The notes under the pieces were generated by a model. That model was not told where the DNA came from, made no database searches, and saw only the letters and a program-made list of their open reading frames with translations. DNA of 64,000 bases from Haliotis cracherodii. Its lineage: Eukaryota. The DNA lies in contig NW_027266275.1 in assembly GCF_022045235.1 (NCBI RefSeq), positions 72,788,001-72,852,000 of the forward strand, given 5' to 3'. Shown here in pieces: positions 37,766-50,782 of this stretch (within the stretch, counting starts at the first letter, position 1; every line of letters starts with the position of its first letter). The translations under genes and the position numbers were made by a program.

Positions 37766-40700
37766 GTAAGCAGGGTTAGAAACTAACAGTTTCAGTCCAC
37801 TACTCCTTATTATGATAACAAATATCAAAACCCCTAAAAATGGCAAATGTCTTCTAGTCCTTATGATACCATTACTATTGGGCAGTTTGGCAAGGACTAG
37901 TGCCAATTTCTAAAGCAGGTAAGTCAGCTGAAGAAGTAACTGCAATTAACATTTATGTCTATCTTTCACTACCATTTTGTTTGCTTGCTTCTGTATACAC
38001 CAGACTGTTAAGCAATCAAGTCAGAGATTTGTGTAGGATTTCAAATTAAGTGCCCCTGGCAGGCAAATTGGAAAACATATATCATTATTTAAGTGTAGAG
38101 GCATGTGAGCATTGCATTTAATACAGTAGTGACAAAGCCTGTTTATTTATCCTGTTATCAGTGAACTACAAGTAGCCTACACAAAGCCATATATTAAAAC
38201 TATTTTTAATTTTGATGGACGTTTGCTCCAGACTTGATGCTTAATATTAGTCTCTGAGCAGGTCTAAATACATCCCTAAAGGTAAATGAACATTTGGTTT
38301 GTGGAATAATCAAATTGTGACTTGTAAAAGTATTGATACTCAAGTATTATAGGGTATTTGCTGCACTGATTACTACTCGTGAAAGTGTTGAATCATCCAG
38401 TTAGACTCTGTTCTGTACATGCAACCTATTTCGACATTAACAGTTTCATTGTTGACAACAGGGGGTAAAAAGACTGGTAATCAATGGGCGTCTTCAGCGT
38501 CAGCAGCAGGGGGACTGGGTTGGTGTGAAGAGGATGATGGTGGATGGCGTGAGGGACCACCTGCTACGGGTAGTGGTTGGACAGATCCAAGTGAGTTCTA
38601 CAATAAGGCCAAAATATTTTCTTGGTTGTCAGGCATGTCCACAAAAACTGCCCTTGAAAGCATTTAAGTTCTTTCTACCCAGTACAAATTTTTGGAAATT
38701 TATTTGCCTGAGAACCAACTTTTTATTTTTAAGTCTTACCTCAAAGTGTGTTGAATATTGCTTCATTAATATTAGTTTTGCGATTAGTCTTCTGCCTCTG
38801 AGATAATAATGAATGATGTTCTAGGAAATGGTCATAGTTGGATCAAATCATTTGTGGATGCAAGGCTTTTGGAAATAGTGAATGAAAACATCCCTTACCT
38901 CAAACAGTAATGTGTTTGAGTGAGAATCCCGCTTGACGTAAATTAATTCTATCATCCCTTAAGGAAATATAGTCCTATTTTGTCTCTGTAAGGTCCAGCT
39001 GCAAACGACAGAGGTCAGAATATAGGAACCTGGCACAATCCTTCCAAGGACTGTGAGTGGAGCCAAAGCTCAAGTGTTAATAGTGTCATTGTGGATTCCT
39101 CAGATAAAGAAGCTTGGCCGTCCATTGGGAACTCTGAAACTGCGGGCTCTGATGCAGGAGATGATGCTGCATCTGTCAAGTCCGGATCTGTGATATCTAG
39201 CTCAAGTAGCCATGGTCAAAATCAGGAGACCAATCAGGGGTTAAGTGCCATGCAGAGTCAAAGTGCTTCCAATCCATGGGGAGCCAATTCCACACTTGGT
39301 GGACTTGAATCAAATCCTTGGGGGATCAGGGATCCTCCCAATTCCTCTGCTGCCAATATGAATCCTATGAATTGGGGTTCAAGTAATCCGCATCCAAGTC
39401 TTTCTATGAACAACCAAGGACATAATATGCAAGTTGGTACCAGCATGGCTGGTAGTGATACTCTATCAAATTCTATGAACTCAAACTCCTCCACTTCCCG
39501 TTCAGGATGGGGGATGGGTGCCCCAGGCCAGGGTAGCCCAAGACCACAGAATTCCATGCAAATGCAAACCTCAAATGGCAACAATATGCATGGTTTGATG
39601 CTTAGCAGTAGCGGTGCTCAACAAAGTGGACCTCCAGTGAGTGGCAATCAGACAGGGCCTTCAAATAATCAAACTCCATGGCAGGGTAGTAGTGGGTCTG
39701 GTATGTTTGGTGGCATGACTACGTATTCCAAACCCCACGAGTCTGGCTGGAATAATCCAACAAGTGCTGTGATGAACAATTGTGGGAAAGATAACAGTGG
39801 CAATAATGGTGGCCCGGATGGTGCGGGCAACGGCTCCAGCATGTGGGGCACACCAGACGCGGCCCCTAAGTCTGGCTTTTTGGGAAGTAGTGGGTGGGGA
39901 GAGTCCCTACCTCCCACTCCACAGTCAGCAACCCAGTGGGACAATAATTCTAAGTCACAATGGGGGGACAACCCCAATGGTGCAGCCAATAGTCAGGGAT
40001 CAGGCAATACAACTGAGTTCATCTCATGGGCTCAAGCTGCATGCAAGGGCTTAACCCCAGGCAGCGGCAATTCAGGGACCGGGCAACCCTCTGCTGCTGA
40101 TGCAGCCGCCCAATCAGGACAAGTTGCTGATGATTTCATCAGACAGGCCATTGAGAACCATGATGGGTGGGGGGCGAAACCTGTCAAACAGGATACAGCC
40201 TGGGATGTCTCAGAATCACCAAAGACCAAACGCAAATTTTCTACCGATAGTGGTGGTGGAGCTTCCAATGTGTGGAACAATAATAATGGAACGGCAATCT
40301 GGGAAGCTAGTCGTGACAGTAGCTCTGGAGGTAATGGAGGAAATGGTGGCAATGGTGGTGGCGGCGGTGGCTGGAATGGTGCATCAGGTGGATCTCAGTG
40401 GCAAAACGAGAATGATTCCAATACTTGGAATGGCCCACCAAATAAGCCTGGAGCTGATAACCAATGGGGTGGTAACGGCGGAGGAAACGGTGTTGGCAGT
40501 GGCGTTGGCGTTGGCGTTGGTGGAAATAGTGGCCTTGGTGGAAATGGTGGCCTTGGTGGAAATGGCCTTGGTGGAAACAGTGCTGGCAATGTTGGAGTTG
40601 GTAATGTTGGAGTTGGTGGAAATGGTGCTGGCAATGGAGGTGGAAGTTCTGACAAAACCATTGGTACCTGGGGCGGAGGCTCGGAAACCTCAAGTATGTG

Positions 40701-43700
40701 GGGTAACAAGACCGAGACAGGATCTTGGGGATCTTCAGGTCAGGATCGCGATCGTGGATCTGGGTCCCAGTGGGGAGATAATCAAGATTCTCAAGGAGGC
40801 TGGGAAGATGCAGCAATGCAGCGTCGGCGTGTTGATAATGGTACAGGTTATTGGGGCGAGCCACAGATTCAGCGCCCACAAGGCTGGAACAGTCAACCAA
40901 GTACCCCAGCAACTCCCCTGACCCCACGGCCCAAGCCTGAACAGCCTGAGTCTTGGAACAAAGGAGCACCTGTCCAAGTTCCGCCACCAGCACCGACAGG
41001 TGGAATGGGTGGTGGTGGAATGGGTGGTGGCGGAATGGGTGGCGGCGGAATGGGTGGCGGCGGAATGGGTGGCGGCGGAATGGGCGGCGGCGGAATGGGC
41101 GGCGGCGGAATGGGCGGCGGTGGAAATGTTGGAGTTGGCAACCCACCGAAGGCCTCTGGATGGGGTGACCTCTCAAACTCCAACATGAAGGTTGATGATG
41201 GAACCAGTATTTGGGCAGCTAATGCCCAGCAGCAGGTTAGTGTTCATTTTGTTAGCCGAAATCACTGTTAGGTAATACAAGTATAAGAGAGCAATTTTAT
41301 CAGCATTAGCCCTGAGGGTATTTTACCTTTGTGGACATTTCATTACATAGTGTAATTATCTTTTTTTCATGGAATTATTTTCTTTGTATTATTCCCTCAG
41401 GATACCAACTTGTGGTTCTGTTGAAGAAACACTATCCAATCTTCAAGTGCTGTGTCTGATGCTTTTAAAATAAAATACCTTTGATTGTTGAATAGCTTAT
41501 CAACATAATGATATACCCTACCTTGTGTTCCAGGCCCGAGCTGGAGGTTGGGGTGACCCAGGGAGTCAGTGGAATCCCACACCTGGTGCCAAGCCAAAAT
41601 CCCTATCTACCTCGAGTTGGGGCGGAGACGGCGGTGGAGGTGGTGACCAGAGCTGGAACCTGAGAAAGGTTTGCTACGTTTCCTGTATTGCCCTTATCAC
41701 TATTGGTTAATGCCCATTGTGCTTGCAGACACGAGTGCATTGTGGCGGGTGTTGTAGCTGCTTCTCAGTTGATTGTTGTCCGACTCGGCCTCCCTCACAG
41801 CTGGGCAGGTGTAGCATGGAGACAGCATGGGAAGACCGTGCACAGCCCGTCTTACTTGCATGTCCCCGTGTTCCACCAAGTCTTCATTGGATATTTGAAA
41901 ATTTGGAAATTTTGGAAACAATTTTTGTTTTGGAGTTAAATATATTATGGTCATGAATAGTCTAATGGTCATGTGCACAGTTGTCTTTTCATCATTTCAT
42001 TTGCATGCTATTATCATTCATTTGTTATGTTTATATTAATCATTTAGTTCATCTGTACATCATCAGTCCACCTGATCATTCAGATGGGTTAATGCCGTGG
42101 GATGTCGTCAGTCATGTGAAAATCATTTCATCTTAATTTGCTCATTGAAATGGTCTCCTCAATATTCGTTCTCTTGAAGAGGTTTGCCAGGAAATTGAAC
42201 TAATTAACATGTACAACATAACTTAAGTCAATATTCCAAAAAATCCACATAAATAACAGTTTGCTCACAGTAATGAAAAGATAAAATCATTGACAGATTG
42301 TTTTGGTAAAAAGATACAAAGCTTGAAATACTTTGCCCTGATTGCCTTCAGGATGATTTCATAAAGTATATCCATGTTATTCATGCTATTTTTTTACTGT
42401 GATTTTAATGTGGTATCTAGATAAACATTAGAAATCAGCACTTATCTTATTGTCCCAACTTTTTTTCTGAATGACTATATCATAGGACTTGAAGAAATGG
42501 CTAAAATTCTGAAGGTTTTCCTGTATAATATATTCATGGGTTAACAGCTGTTAAATGTTCTTTTGGACTTAAAGAATTGTTCACTCATTTGTGATACAAT
42601 AAGCTGTTTATATGAAAGAAATGTAAATTGGGGGTTAAGTTTTAGTTTTGTGAATGTCCTAGTAACCAAATCACATGGCAGCAGTACAGAAAATGAGCAA
42701 TGCATTTGTTAGAAACTGTGACCACTGTGGATTCTTGTGTTTAAAAGTGTTCCTACAGTTTGAATTTCCAGTCAATAACCCATATACCTTTCAGTCTACA
42801 TTGATGTTTTGTCACAAATATATTAGCCTGAAAAATGTTGAGATAAGAGCATCCTTCATTCATTGCCAGGCATTAACTAATACTCTTTCTCCATAATATA
42901 GCATTAGTGCTAATACTCTAACTCCTCATGAGGCATCACATACCTGAATACCTCAACATTGGTGTCAAGGGAATTAGTTCTAGATTGTGGACATCTTCAG
43001 TTTGTTTGCTCTTGTCCCAGTTCATTGTTCTGAGCACCCTCTATACAGGTTCATGTGACGTTTTCATGACTCTGGACATCTTATGTTTATGGCTTAAATC
43101 ATCCTTACATTTGTGGCTTAGTATTATTCATACTAGATTTAGGTCAACTGTGCACATGGTTAAATCTGGTAAACTGTTACTCGACACTTGAGTGAAGCAT
43201 CAGTCTGTCTTCTTTCTCTCTTCCCTGTCCCTCCTCTTCCTCCGCCCTCCCTGCCTGTGCTGCTCCCCACCCCCCTTGGATTGCGGCCAACACTTGTATG
43301 TTGCTGATGGTGATTCTTGCAGCCGGGCTGGCCAGATGAGAATGCAAGCAATTCAGGCAATGTGTGGGGTGGTGAAACCGAGGTGGGATATTGGAATGAC
43401 ATTTCACAAGAAAATAGTACATGGAGCAGTGCCCCTGGCTGGAAAACCAAAAAGAATCTGGTGAAGGTATACTATCCCTGGAAAATGTGGGCACCATGAG
43501 ACCCCGTCACTTCCGACACCGTCCTTGTTCTAGCTCACACTAGCATAGCTGCCTGCAGCTCAAGTTGTACTGCCAGTACACTAGTCACAAGGCTCACCTT
43601 TACCATCATTTTGTTACATGCTAGATTGCTTGTAGTACAAATCTTACAGAAGTCATTTCATGCCTTTTGTAAGGTCTTAATGCTCATCCGTTCTTTGTTT

Positions 43701-46700
43701 GCAAATGAAATGAATAGTTAATGCTTTGTATTTTTCTCTAATCTTTAATGTTTTTTTCATTTTTGACACTGAGGCAACCATTTCTATTTCCCAAAATCAT
43801 TTTAATAAGTTAAGTAAAGGTAATGTTGCTGTGTTGGGGTGAACATGTTAACTAACTGCAGTGTTATAGTTTGGTTTAATTTTGTTCCTCCCTGTCATCC
43901 CAGTTGTATGGGACAACAGTGATTGAAGTGGCCCTCCTGTGCCAGGGATAACATTGGAGCTTGCAACATCGCACAATGTACAGTGTCTCTCTTGCTATTA
44001 TGCTAACATGATACATATATCTGTCTGCACGTTCTAACCCACATTTATTGTTCATGCTTTGTCATAATTTTTTTTTTATCAGCACATTGCTCATGCATTT
44101 CATCTTTTACGGAAATGAAAATTGATGTTACATGTTCAATTACAGTTGAAAAACGATTGATTATTGATTTGTTAAGTTGTTTTGTAGCATACTTTCATAA
44201 AGTGTTTTGTTTTGTAAGCATTTCTATTTTGTGAAATGATTGAATCATGGAACAGTTTTTCAGTAGTTCACAATTATTATGTCCTGGGCTTTCTTACAGG
44301 GTCCTAACAAATTCCCCACCGGCAACAATCATCATCCCCAGATGAGAAGCAAATTGCTACAACAGCTGATGGATATGGGTTTCAAAGTAGGTGTTCTCTT
44401 CCTGACATGTGCTTAATGAAATTCACTAAGATTAGCCATAGTGATATAGGTATCAAGTTGTTTGTCCAAATGGTTATTAGTAATGTTATGTCAGGGCATC
44501 TTTGAGAATAGTTGTGCCATTGTTTGACAAGGAATTTCATACCAAGTATCTTTGTGTAAAGGCAGACTTAATTAGCTCAGTTCATACTAGGGGTGGGGGG
44601 CTCTTGAATTGAAAAGAGCTTTTAGAGACAGGTAATGTCTTATTACACAAAATAATATCGTGATACCAGGATGTATTTTCAAAGTTTGAGCTAGTTTAGC
44701 AACATAATCTCTGGACTTTTAATTTTATGTATAGTCACAAAAAAGTAACTAGTATATTGATTTATGGCGGTGGGACAGGCTAGTGGTTTAAGCTTATGCC
44801 AAAAGCCTGGGTTAGATTCCCCACTTTGTTACAATATGTGAAGCCCATTGCTGGTGTTCTCCACCATGATATTGTTGGACGAATGCTGAAAATGGTGTAA
44901 AACTTTACTCACTTGCTCACTTTATGTATAGTTACCAATACTCTATTTGTATGGAAATTGTATTTGAAAGCCTCATCTATTGTTACTTACTGTTATATCA
45001 AGAAGAGATTTGTTTAGGTATTCATAAGATGTACAGAAATTTGATGTAATTTACTTCTGTTTTAACCGAACAACCCATCTATCATTTTTTTACAGAAGGA
45101 AGAAGCTCAGAATGCCTTGATTAGCAATAACATGAATGTTGAAAGTGCCCTGGGTAAGTAGCTATGTCTTGGAATCCTTTACATTTGGATTCATAATTGG
45201 GTAGTTTTTAAAAATTCTTTGGGCCTGTTGGCAAAGGTCTCATTTGTCATGCTGAAGCCCCGGTTCAATGCCCCACATGGGTATCAGGGTTGGAACTAAA
45301 CTCAAAAGCTTGACGAGCTTGATTTAAAGAAAAAATGCCCTTGTGATGTTTAAACAATGGGGAAATTTGTACCAGCCCACTAGAATTTGTACTAGCCCCA
45401 GTCTAGCAGGATAGTGTTCAGTTCTAACCCTGGTGTATGATGTGGGAAGCCAACTCCTGATGACCCTGTTGTAATATGGTTGGAATATTGCTATGAGCAA
45501 CATAGAACCCTATGAACTAAAAAATACTTTCGTATAGCATTGCATGTGTTCGCCATGATTACAGTGAAGGAAGTTCTTGGTGTTATCCATGCACATACCC
45601 CATGGTACATTCCAGCTTGGACAGTAATTTCAACATCTGAGAAGGTAATACTTTTGTTTCAGCTGATCTAATGGCCAACAAGAAGGATGCCGACATGGAT
45701 GTGTTCATGCCAAATAGTGCAAAACCCCGAATGCCTGGCATGATGCCTGACAATACCATGGTTAACGATGACATATCAGATACTCAGTCTGAGAGCAATC
45801 CACATGTGCCTAACATTAACATGCAAAATACTCCCTTTCAAAATGCTCAAGTACCAAATCAGCCATTTGTGACCATATATGACCGGTCTAAATCGGGACC
45901 TAGTCTGCCCCCATCTAGTCTGAATCCAAATAACCCCAGTATTAATCCACAATCATTGCAACAAAAACTCATGCAGCATAAGCGTCAACAACAGCAACAG
46001 AACCAGTCTATGAATTCAATGAGTCCCACCCAAGGTCCTCTGACCCGAGGACAGCTGCCGAACACACAGGTGATGCAGCAACAGATGGCGCAGCAGCAGA
46101 TTCTGCAACAACTGCGACTGGCAGTACAGTCTGGCCTCATCAGCCCTCAGCTCTTGAACCAGCAACTGCCACACAACATCCTGGTGCTCCTGCAACAACT
46201 GCTACAGCTGCAGAATGTCCTGCAGCAGCTTGTTAACAAGCAACAGTTCCTCCAGCAGAACAAGATGATGAACATGATACAACGGCAACAGGTGGAACAG
46301 CTGGCAGTCATGATCAACAATATCAAACAGCAGATACTGCAGCTGCAGAAGCAGCTTTCTCAGGCACAGCAGATCCTGCTCAAAAATCCCGGTGGGGCTG
46401 TAGGGGCCGGAGGTCCCATGGCTCAAGCTCCAGCGGCAGGCCCACATATTCAAGACTCAGTTGATAACATGATGCCCATTCAGAATGAGCTCGAGAAACT
46501 TGCCATCAATCCACCTCAAGTGCAACAAACGTCCCGCCTTAACCAGTGGAAGCGCCAAACCCCAGACAAAGAAACCGCTGGTGAAGTTGGAGAAAACCTC
46601 AATAAAGCTGTTGGAAGCAAACCTCTCCAGCAGTCACAAAATGGCCCGCCTCTGGGGCCATTCTCTGATCTCAGTGGCCTAAATATCAGTGGTGATACTA

Positions 46701-49023
46701 CTTGGTCTACACAAGCAACCACCTCGTCTCAGAATTGGCCTTCTACTAGTTCTGGTGGAACCACATCACAAGCCGAGACAAAAGAGAGCTCTGAAAACAA
46801 AGAATCTCACCCACCAATTACCACATCCAGCACTCCGACAATCAGTATGACAGACATCATCCCTGAGTTTGTTCCTGGCAAACCATGGCAGGGGCTCACT
46901 AAGAGTGTTGAAGATGATCCCCATATCACACCAGGAAGTATTTCCAGGTCGCTAAGTGTCAATGTTGTGAAGGATGACTACCTGAATAACTTGGCGACAA
47001 GCATCAAGACCAGCCCTATAGTGGCTGCTGACTCGTCCACCACTTGGAGCATGAAAGGAAGCCACATCTCCACCACAAGTTCGTCCAAACCCTGGTCCAC
47101 ATCTGAATCAACAACGCCCTCCATGTCTGATGTATGGAGCATGCCTCCAAAGAACCGCCCTCCCCCTGGCCTCATGGCGCACAAGTCCCACCACTGGCCT
47201 GCTGGTGTCAACAGACAGAACTCCTGGGCTGGCAGGACAGACAACTCAGCATTTACTCCAGGTAATCTTTATTCCTCTATTCACTTGGTGATGGGTATCA
47301 AGCTTCTGCTTCCTGGACTAACTGCAAACCTTCATGTGACTTGTATTTGTTCACGTCAAGGTTTAAGCCCTTTTTTAGCAATGCTATTTAATAGTTCTCT
47401 TTTCAAACCTTAATCTTTCAATTATAACATTCAACATCTATGTGAGCTGTTTTGAAGGTAAGAAAAACATTTTGGACTTTGGTATAACTTTCTTTTGCTT
47501 CATAAGTATGTGAATTTTATCCACAAATGCACCTAGTGGACTATTTATGCGATCTGATATTTGCCACCAGTGATGCCTGATTATAACTACCACCACTTTT
47601 AACTACCTTTCTGCTTGTACCACCCCAATAGTCCCCCTCTGCCTTCTCATCTCTGACATTGACACTTGCTGTCGGTCGGTCGGTGCAAGCTAGAGTGGGG
47701 TATGCCTAGTGGACCAACCAGTGTAATGGTGGAGACTATCGGGGCGGGTGGGCCTGCTGCTCTGTATATTTGGCAAAGCTTTGCAAATTGCTGTGAGACA
47801 AAATCTTATTGTGGGTTAGAGGTGATTGGTGCTGTCTTGTGAAGCTTTTGACCTCTTGTCTTACAGTGAACGCTCAAGGTTGGGATGGGAGAACCCCTAA
47901 TACCTCCACTTGGCTGGTCCTAAGGAACCTCACTCCACAGGTAGTAGTTGTCTTGTAGTCTTTAACTTGGTCACAACTTGCATGCCAGGCTGGGATATGA
48001 ATCATTAACTATCATGCCATTGGTCCGTTCGTTACCTGTCCCAAGTCCATCTAGCCTGGTTACTGCAATCTTTTAACCATAGTTCCATCCCACAATACCA
48101 GCTGTGTCCATATTGCATGCTCCATTCTCAACTTCTTCACATTTTGCTGCCTAGTGCTTGCTAGAGGTAAAATACAGCTTTCTATTCTAATTGGCTGCTA
48201 AAATAGTGCATTAGTTACTTTAATTAGGAAATTGAGCTGCAATATTTGGAGATGGCTGTTGTGGGCTTAGTCAACTTTCACATAGTATCTTAGCTTGCTT
48301 AATCCACACTTCATCAGCTTTTAAGTTGGGATTTGGAAGTTCTTTTTATATTTTTGTTTTCATGCATACATTTAATGATACTTTAATTGGTAATCAGTCC
48401 AAATGCTTTTTTGCCACAGTGTTGGCGTATGAAGTCTTTGATTTTGTCTTGCTTGGGGTTTGTCCCTTACAATTAAAATAAATGTTCCTTTTCAGATTGA
48501 TGGTTCCACACTTCGTACTCTGTGCCAACAACATGGCCCACTGCGTCTGTTCCACCTTAATCTCAGTCAAGGACAGGCAGTGGTCTGCTACAATTCCAAG
48601 GATGAAGCCATTAAAGCTCAAAAAGCACTTAATACTTGCGTTCTTGGCAACACCACCATTCTCGCTGAATTCTTGTCTGACCAAGAGTGTGCTCATTTCC
48701 TGGATCAGCATAGCAATTCATCCAACAACCCTAGTCAGTGGTCACAAGGCCAACAGGTGTCCAACTTCCAGCCATTGCAGCAAGCACCCCCTGGCCAGCC
48801 TGCCGTACAACGCTCCACACAGCCGTCCTCCGCTGCTAACCCTGGGTACTACCGCAGCGAGTCCACAACTCCGTGGAGTGCCATGCCAAGTCGTGGAGGC
48901 ATGGGAGGGGGACAGCCTGGTCCCGGCAACATGTGGAGCTCAAGCTTGTGGGGGGGAGGGGCAGTAGAGGATCATAATTCCAACCCTTTCCTTAGCAATA
49001 TATTGGGAGGGGAATCCATGTAA
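37756..49023 (+). CDS. TNRC6: GW182/TNRC6-family miRNA-silencing scaffold (gawky orthologue), 10 coding exons, about 1668 aa
   Basis: Exons join in frame with GT-AG sites (5007 nt, divisible by 3). Family motifs appear in the expected order: [56 protein letters not shown] ([30 protein letters not shown]), Q-rich region, SRLNQWK, PAM2 [20 protein letters not shown] ([26 protein letters not shown]), C-terminal ILGGESM. Confidence 0.96.
38462..38590 (+). CDS. TNRC6: TNRC6 coding exon 2 (GKKTGNQW...[10 protein letters not shown]...GSGWTDP)
   Basis: acaacag|GG acceptor, CCAA|gtgagt donor; GW-rich translation; phase 1/1. Confidence 0.85.
38993..41235 (+). CDS. TNRC6: TNRC6 coding exon 3, large GW/WG-rich Argonaute-binding region
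   Basis: Open frame after the TAA at 38989-38991. Acceptor at 38993, or in-phase alternative at 38999. Donor CAG|gttagt. Confidence 0.93.
40998..41124 (+). repeat. Coding 15-bp repeat (GGGGM)x8 within TNRC6
   Basis: GGAATGGG(T/C)GG(T/C)GG(T/C) units. Confidence 0.95.
41534..41668 (+). CDS. TNRC6: TNRC6 coding exon 4 ([13 protein letters not shown]...QSWNLRK)
   Basis: ttccag|GCC acceptor, AAG|gtttgc donor; 135 nt, phase 0/0. Confidence 0.9.
43323..43466 (+). CDS. TNRC6: TNRC6 coding exon 5 (PGWPDE...VWGG...GYW...[11 protein letters not shown])
   Basis: ttgcag|CCG acceptor, AAG|gtatac donor; 144 nt, symmetric phase 0/0. Confidence 0.85.
44300..44386 (+). CDS. TNRC6: TNRC6 coding exon 6 (start of UBA domain, ...[11 protein letters not shown])
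   Basis: ttacag|GGT acceptor, AAA|gtaggt donor; 87 nt; MGF UBA loop. Absent from the ORF track. Confidence 0.92.
44766..44921 (+). mobile_element. Family D SINE in a TNRC6 intron
   Basis: tagtggtttaagc ... gggttagattcccc ... tgtgaagcccatt ... ctcac tail. Confidence 0.75.
45096..45153 (+). CDS. TNRC6: TNRC6 coding exon 7 ([22 protein letters not shown])
   Basis: tttttacag|AAG acceptor, CTGG|gtaagt donor; 58 nt, phase 0/1. Confidence 0.92.
45221..45515 (+). mobile_element. Family D SINE interrupted by a 148-bp MITE (45285-45432)
   Basis: SINE halves join across the insert. Insert TIRs CAGGGTTGGAACTAAAC / CAGGGTTAGAACTGAAC; flanks GGGTAT / GTGTAT. Confidence 0.7.
45663..47261 (+). CDS. TNRC6: TNRC6 coding exon 8 (Q-rich, SRLNQW motif, PAM2, P-GL)
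   Basis: tttcag|CT acceptor, CCAG|gtaatc donor; PAM2 at about 46858-46893; phase 1/1. Confidence 0.95.
47867..47940 (+). CDS. TNRC6: TNRC6 coding exon 9 (VNAQGWDG...[10 protein letters not shown])
   Basis: ttacag|TG acceptor, CAG|gtagta donor; RRM first strand; phase 1/0. Confidence 0.93.
48496..49023 (+). CDS. TNRC6: TNRC6 last coding exon (RRM and W-containing C-terminus)
   Basis: tttcag|ATT GAT GGT TCC; stop TAA at 49021-49023. Confidence 0.96.
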   Translation: MDGSTLRTLCQQHGPLRLFHLNLSQGQAVVCYNSKDEAIKAQKALNTCVLGNTTILAEFLSDQECAHFLDQHSNSSNNPSQWSQGQQVSNFQPLQQAPPGQPAVQRSTQPSSAANPGYYRSESTTPWSAMPSRGGMGGGQPGPGNMWSSSLWGGGAVEDHNSNPFLSNILGGESM

Positions 49024-50035
49024 ATATCAAACAAATCTTTAATATATAGAGATATATTATTACACTGAAACCTGCCGGAACCAAATCTAATCTGGGACCT
49101 CTACCAAGATTTTTGTCAATTCACTGGTTGTTGGTAGTCTGTTTAAATGATTAAATGTTGATGACTCGTGATATGGTCAGTATTCCAGTAGTGTGTTTCC
49201 AGGACAATCAAATATGGGTTGGGCAGGTTTCTGGCTTGTTTGTTGACATGGTTTCCCAGTTTCCCATCATGTGATTGATCTCTTGTTGTACGCGGGTTAG
49301 CTAGCTAATGCAGGTGGGTGCCGTCGCCAACGACGCAAGTTAGTTACTGCTTCTATGTGTTCCATGGACCATCACTTGTGCTCTGAGAGCTGCTACCCTG
49401 CTGCCTACCCTCCCTAGTGCTAAACAGCGTGCAATTAGTGGTGCTCACTGCTTCATGTATAGCACAGAGTTTATTTTTTGTACTTCAAGTGAAGTATTAA
49501 GTCTTTCAGAATTCCCAAATTGTCTTGTCATGTGGGTGTACAGCCTCAGCAAGCAAGTGGGCCTACTAATAATTGGGCTGGAGGGAGGGCGGGGGAAAGG
49601 GAGGGTTCAAAGCCTTTTATACAAGTTAACCTCAAGTCTTTATTTGTGAATGTATGAAAATACTGTTTATGTATAGGCCATTCATGACTGATGTCAAATC
49701 GAATCTTACTTGTAATGCAGCAACAATGAGTGCAAATATGTTTTCCTTTAATTACACTTGATTGGTGGTGTAATATTTTTTTTTCTTGTTTGAATTGGAA
49801 TCTGTCAGTTGGCAGGAAAAATACAACCTGTGATACTGAAGTCTCATATGTGTGTCTGTTGTCCAGTTGTGTGATTGAATCAGGATAGAAGTGCATTCTA
49901 GTGCTGTTGATAATTCTTCCAAGAAATAAATGATATTGGGCATAACGAATCATCTTGGATGATTGATTGGGTTAGCCATTTTATATAATATGCCACCTGA
50001 ACTGCTGTATTGTCTGTAATAGTCCTTATTCCCGC

Positions 50036-50173
50036 NNNNNNNNNNNNNNNNNNNNNNNNNNNNNNNNNNNNNNNNNNNNNNNNNNNNNNNNNNNNNNNNN
50101 NNNNNNNNNNNNNNNNNNNNNNNNNNNNNNNNNNNNNNNNNNNNNNNNNNNNNNNNNNNNNNNNNNNNNNNNN
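50036..50173. other. Assembly gap (N run)
   Basis: 138 N. Confidence 1.
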
Positions 50174-50776
50174 TAGAAAAGAAATGTGCATCCTAAATCC
50201 ACAAATTTAATTTAAGATTTTTAATTATTTGTCCTTAATATTATCAGTGATCTGGCATTTATGGGCTTGAGAGTCCAGCACGCCGTGGCAGCAGGTAGAC
50301 ACAGGATGCAGTGCAAAAAAAAAATACTTAAGTGAAAAAAAATGGAAAAAAAGAAATACAAAGAAAAAATGAAAAAAAAAACCAAACAAAAAAAACAAAA
50401 AAAGAAGAAAAAAAGAAACAAAACAAAAAAAACAATATAAAGAGAAAAAAATACCAAAAAAAAATTACTGTATCTATATAAATGCTATATAAGCACACTG
50501 TGATTACTTCCAGGCAGGGCACCGTGTGTTCCAAAGTGCTGCTATTACAGACAGTATGGTTCTTTATTATTATAATTATTATTAATGTATGATGCCTCTT
50601 GTGTTTTCCGAACTCAGTACTTACTGCATTTTTATTGTGACCAAGAAGAGATATAGATCACAATCTGCCAAAGCACAGGTATCCTAGGATTGGGCAGCTT
50701 TTATCAGTACAAGTGATAGGAGAATTTTTGACATGACATGTATATTGTGCTCGTAGCTTGCTTGAATTGTATTCTG

Positions 50777-50782
50777 AATAAA
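50777..50782 (+). terminator. Polyadenylation signal AATAAA
   Basis: Canonical hexamer followed about 20 nt later by ttttatgttgctttgtt. Confidence 0.6.

Noticed and set aside
39258-47244. Antisense and alternate-frame ORFs over TNRC6 exons (poly-Pro, RRPF repeats)
   Set aside because: Shadows of low-complexity coding sequence.
39091-49023. ORF-track starts at 39091, 45671 and 48460 as separate genes
   Set aside because: They are internal exons of one spliced gene with compatible phases.
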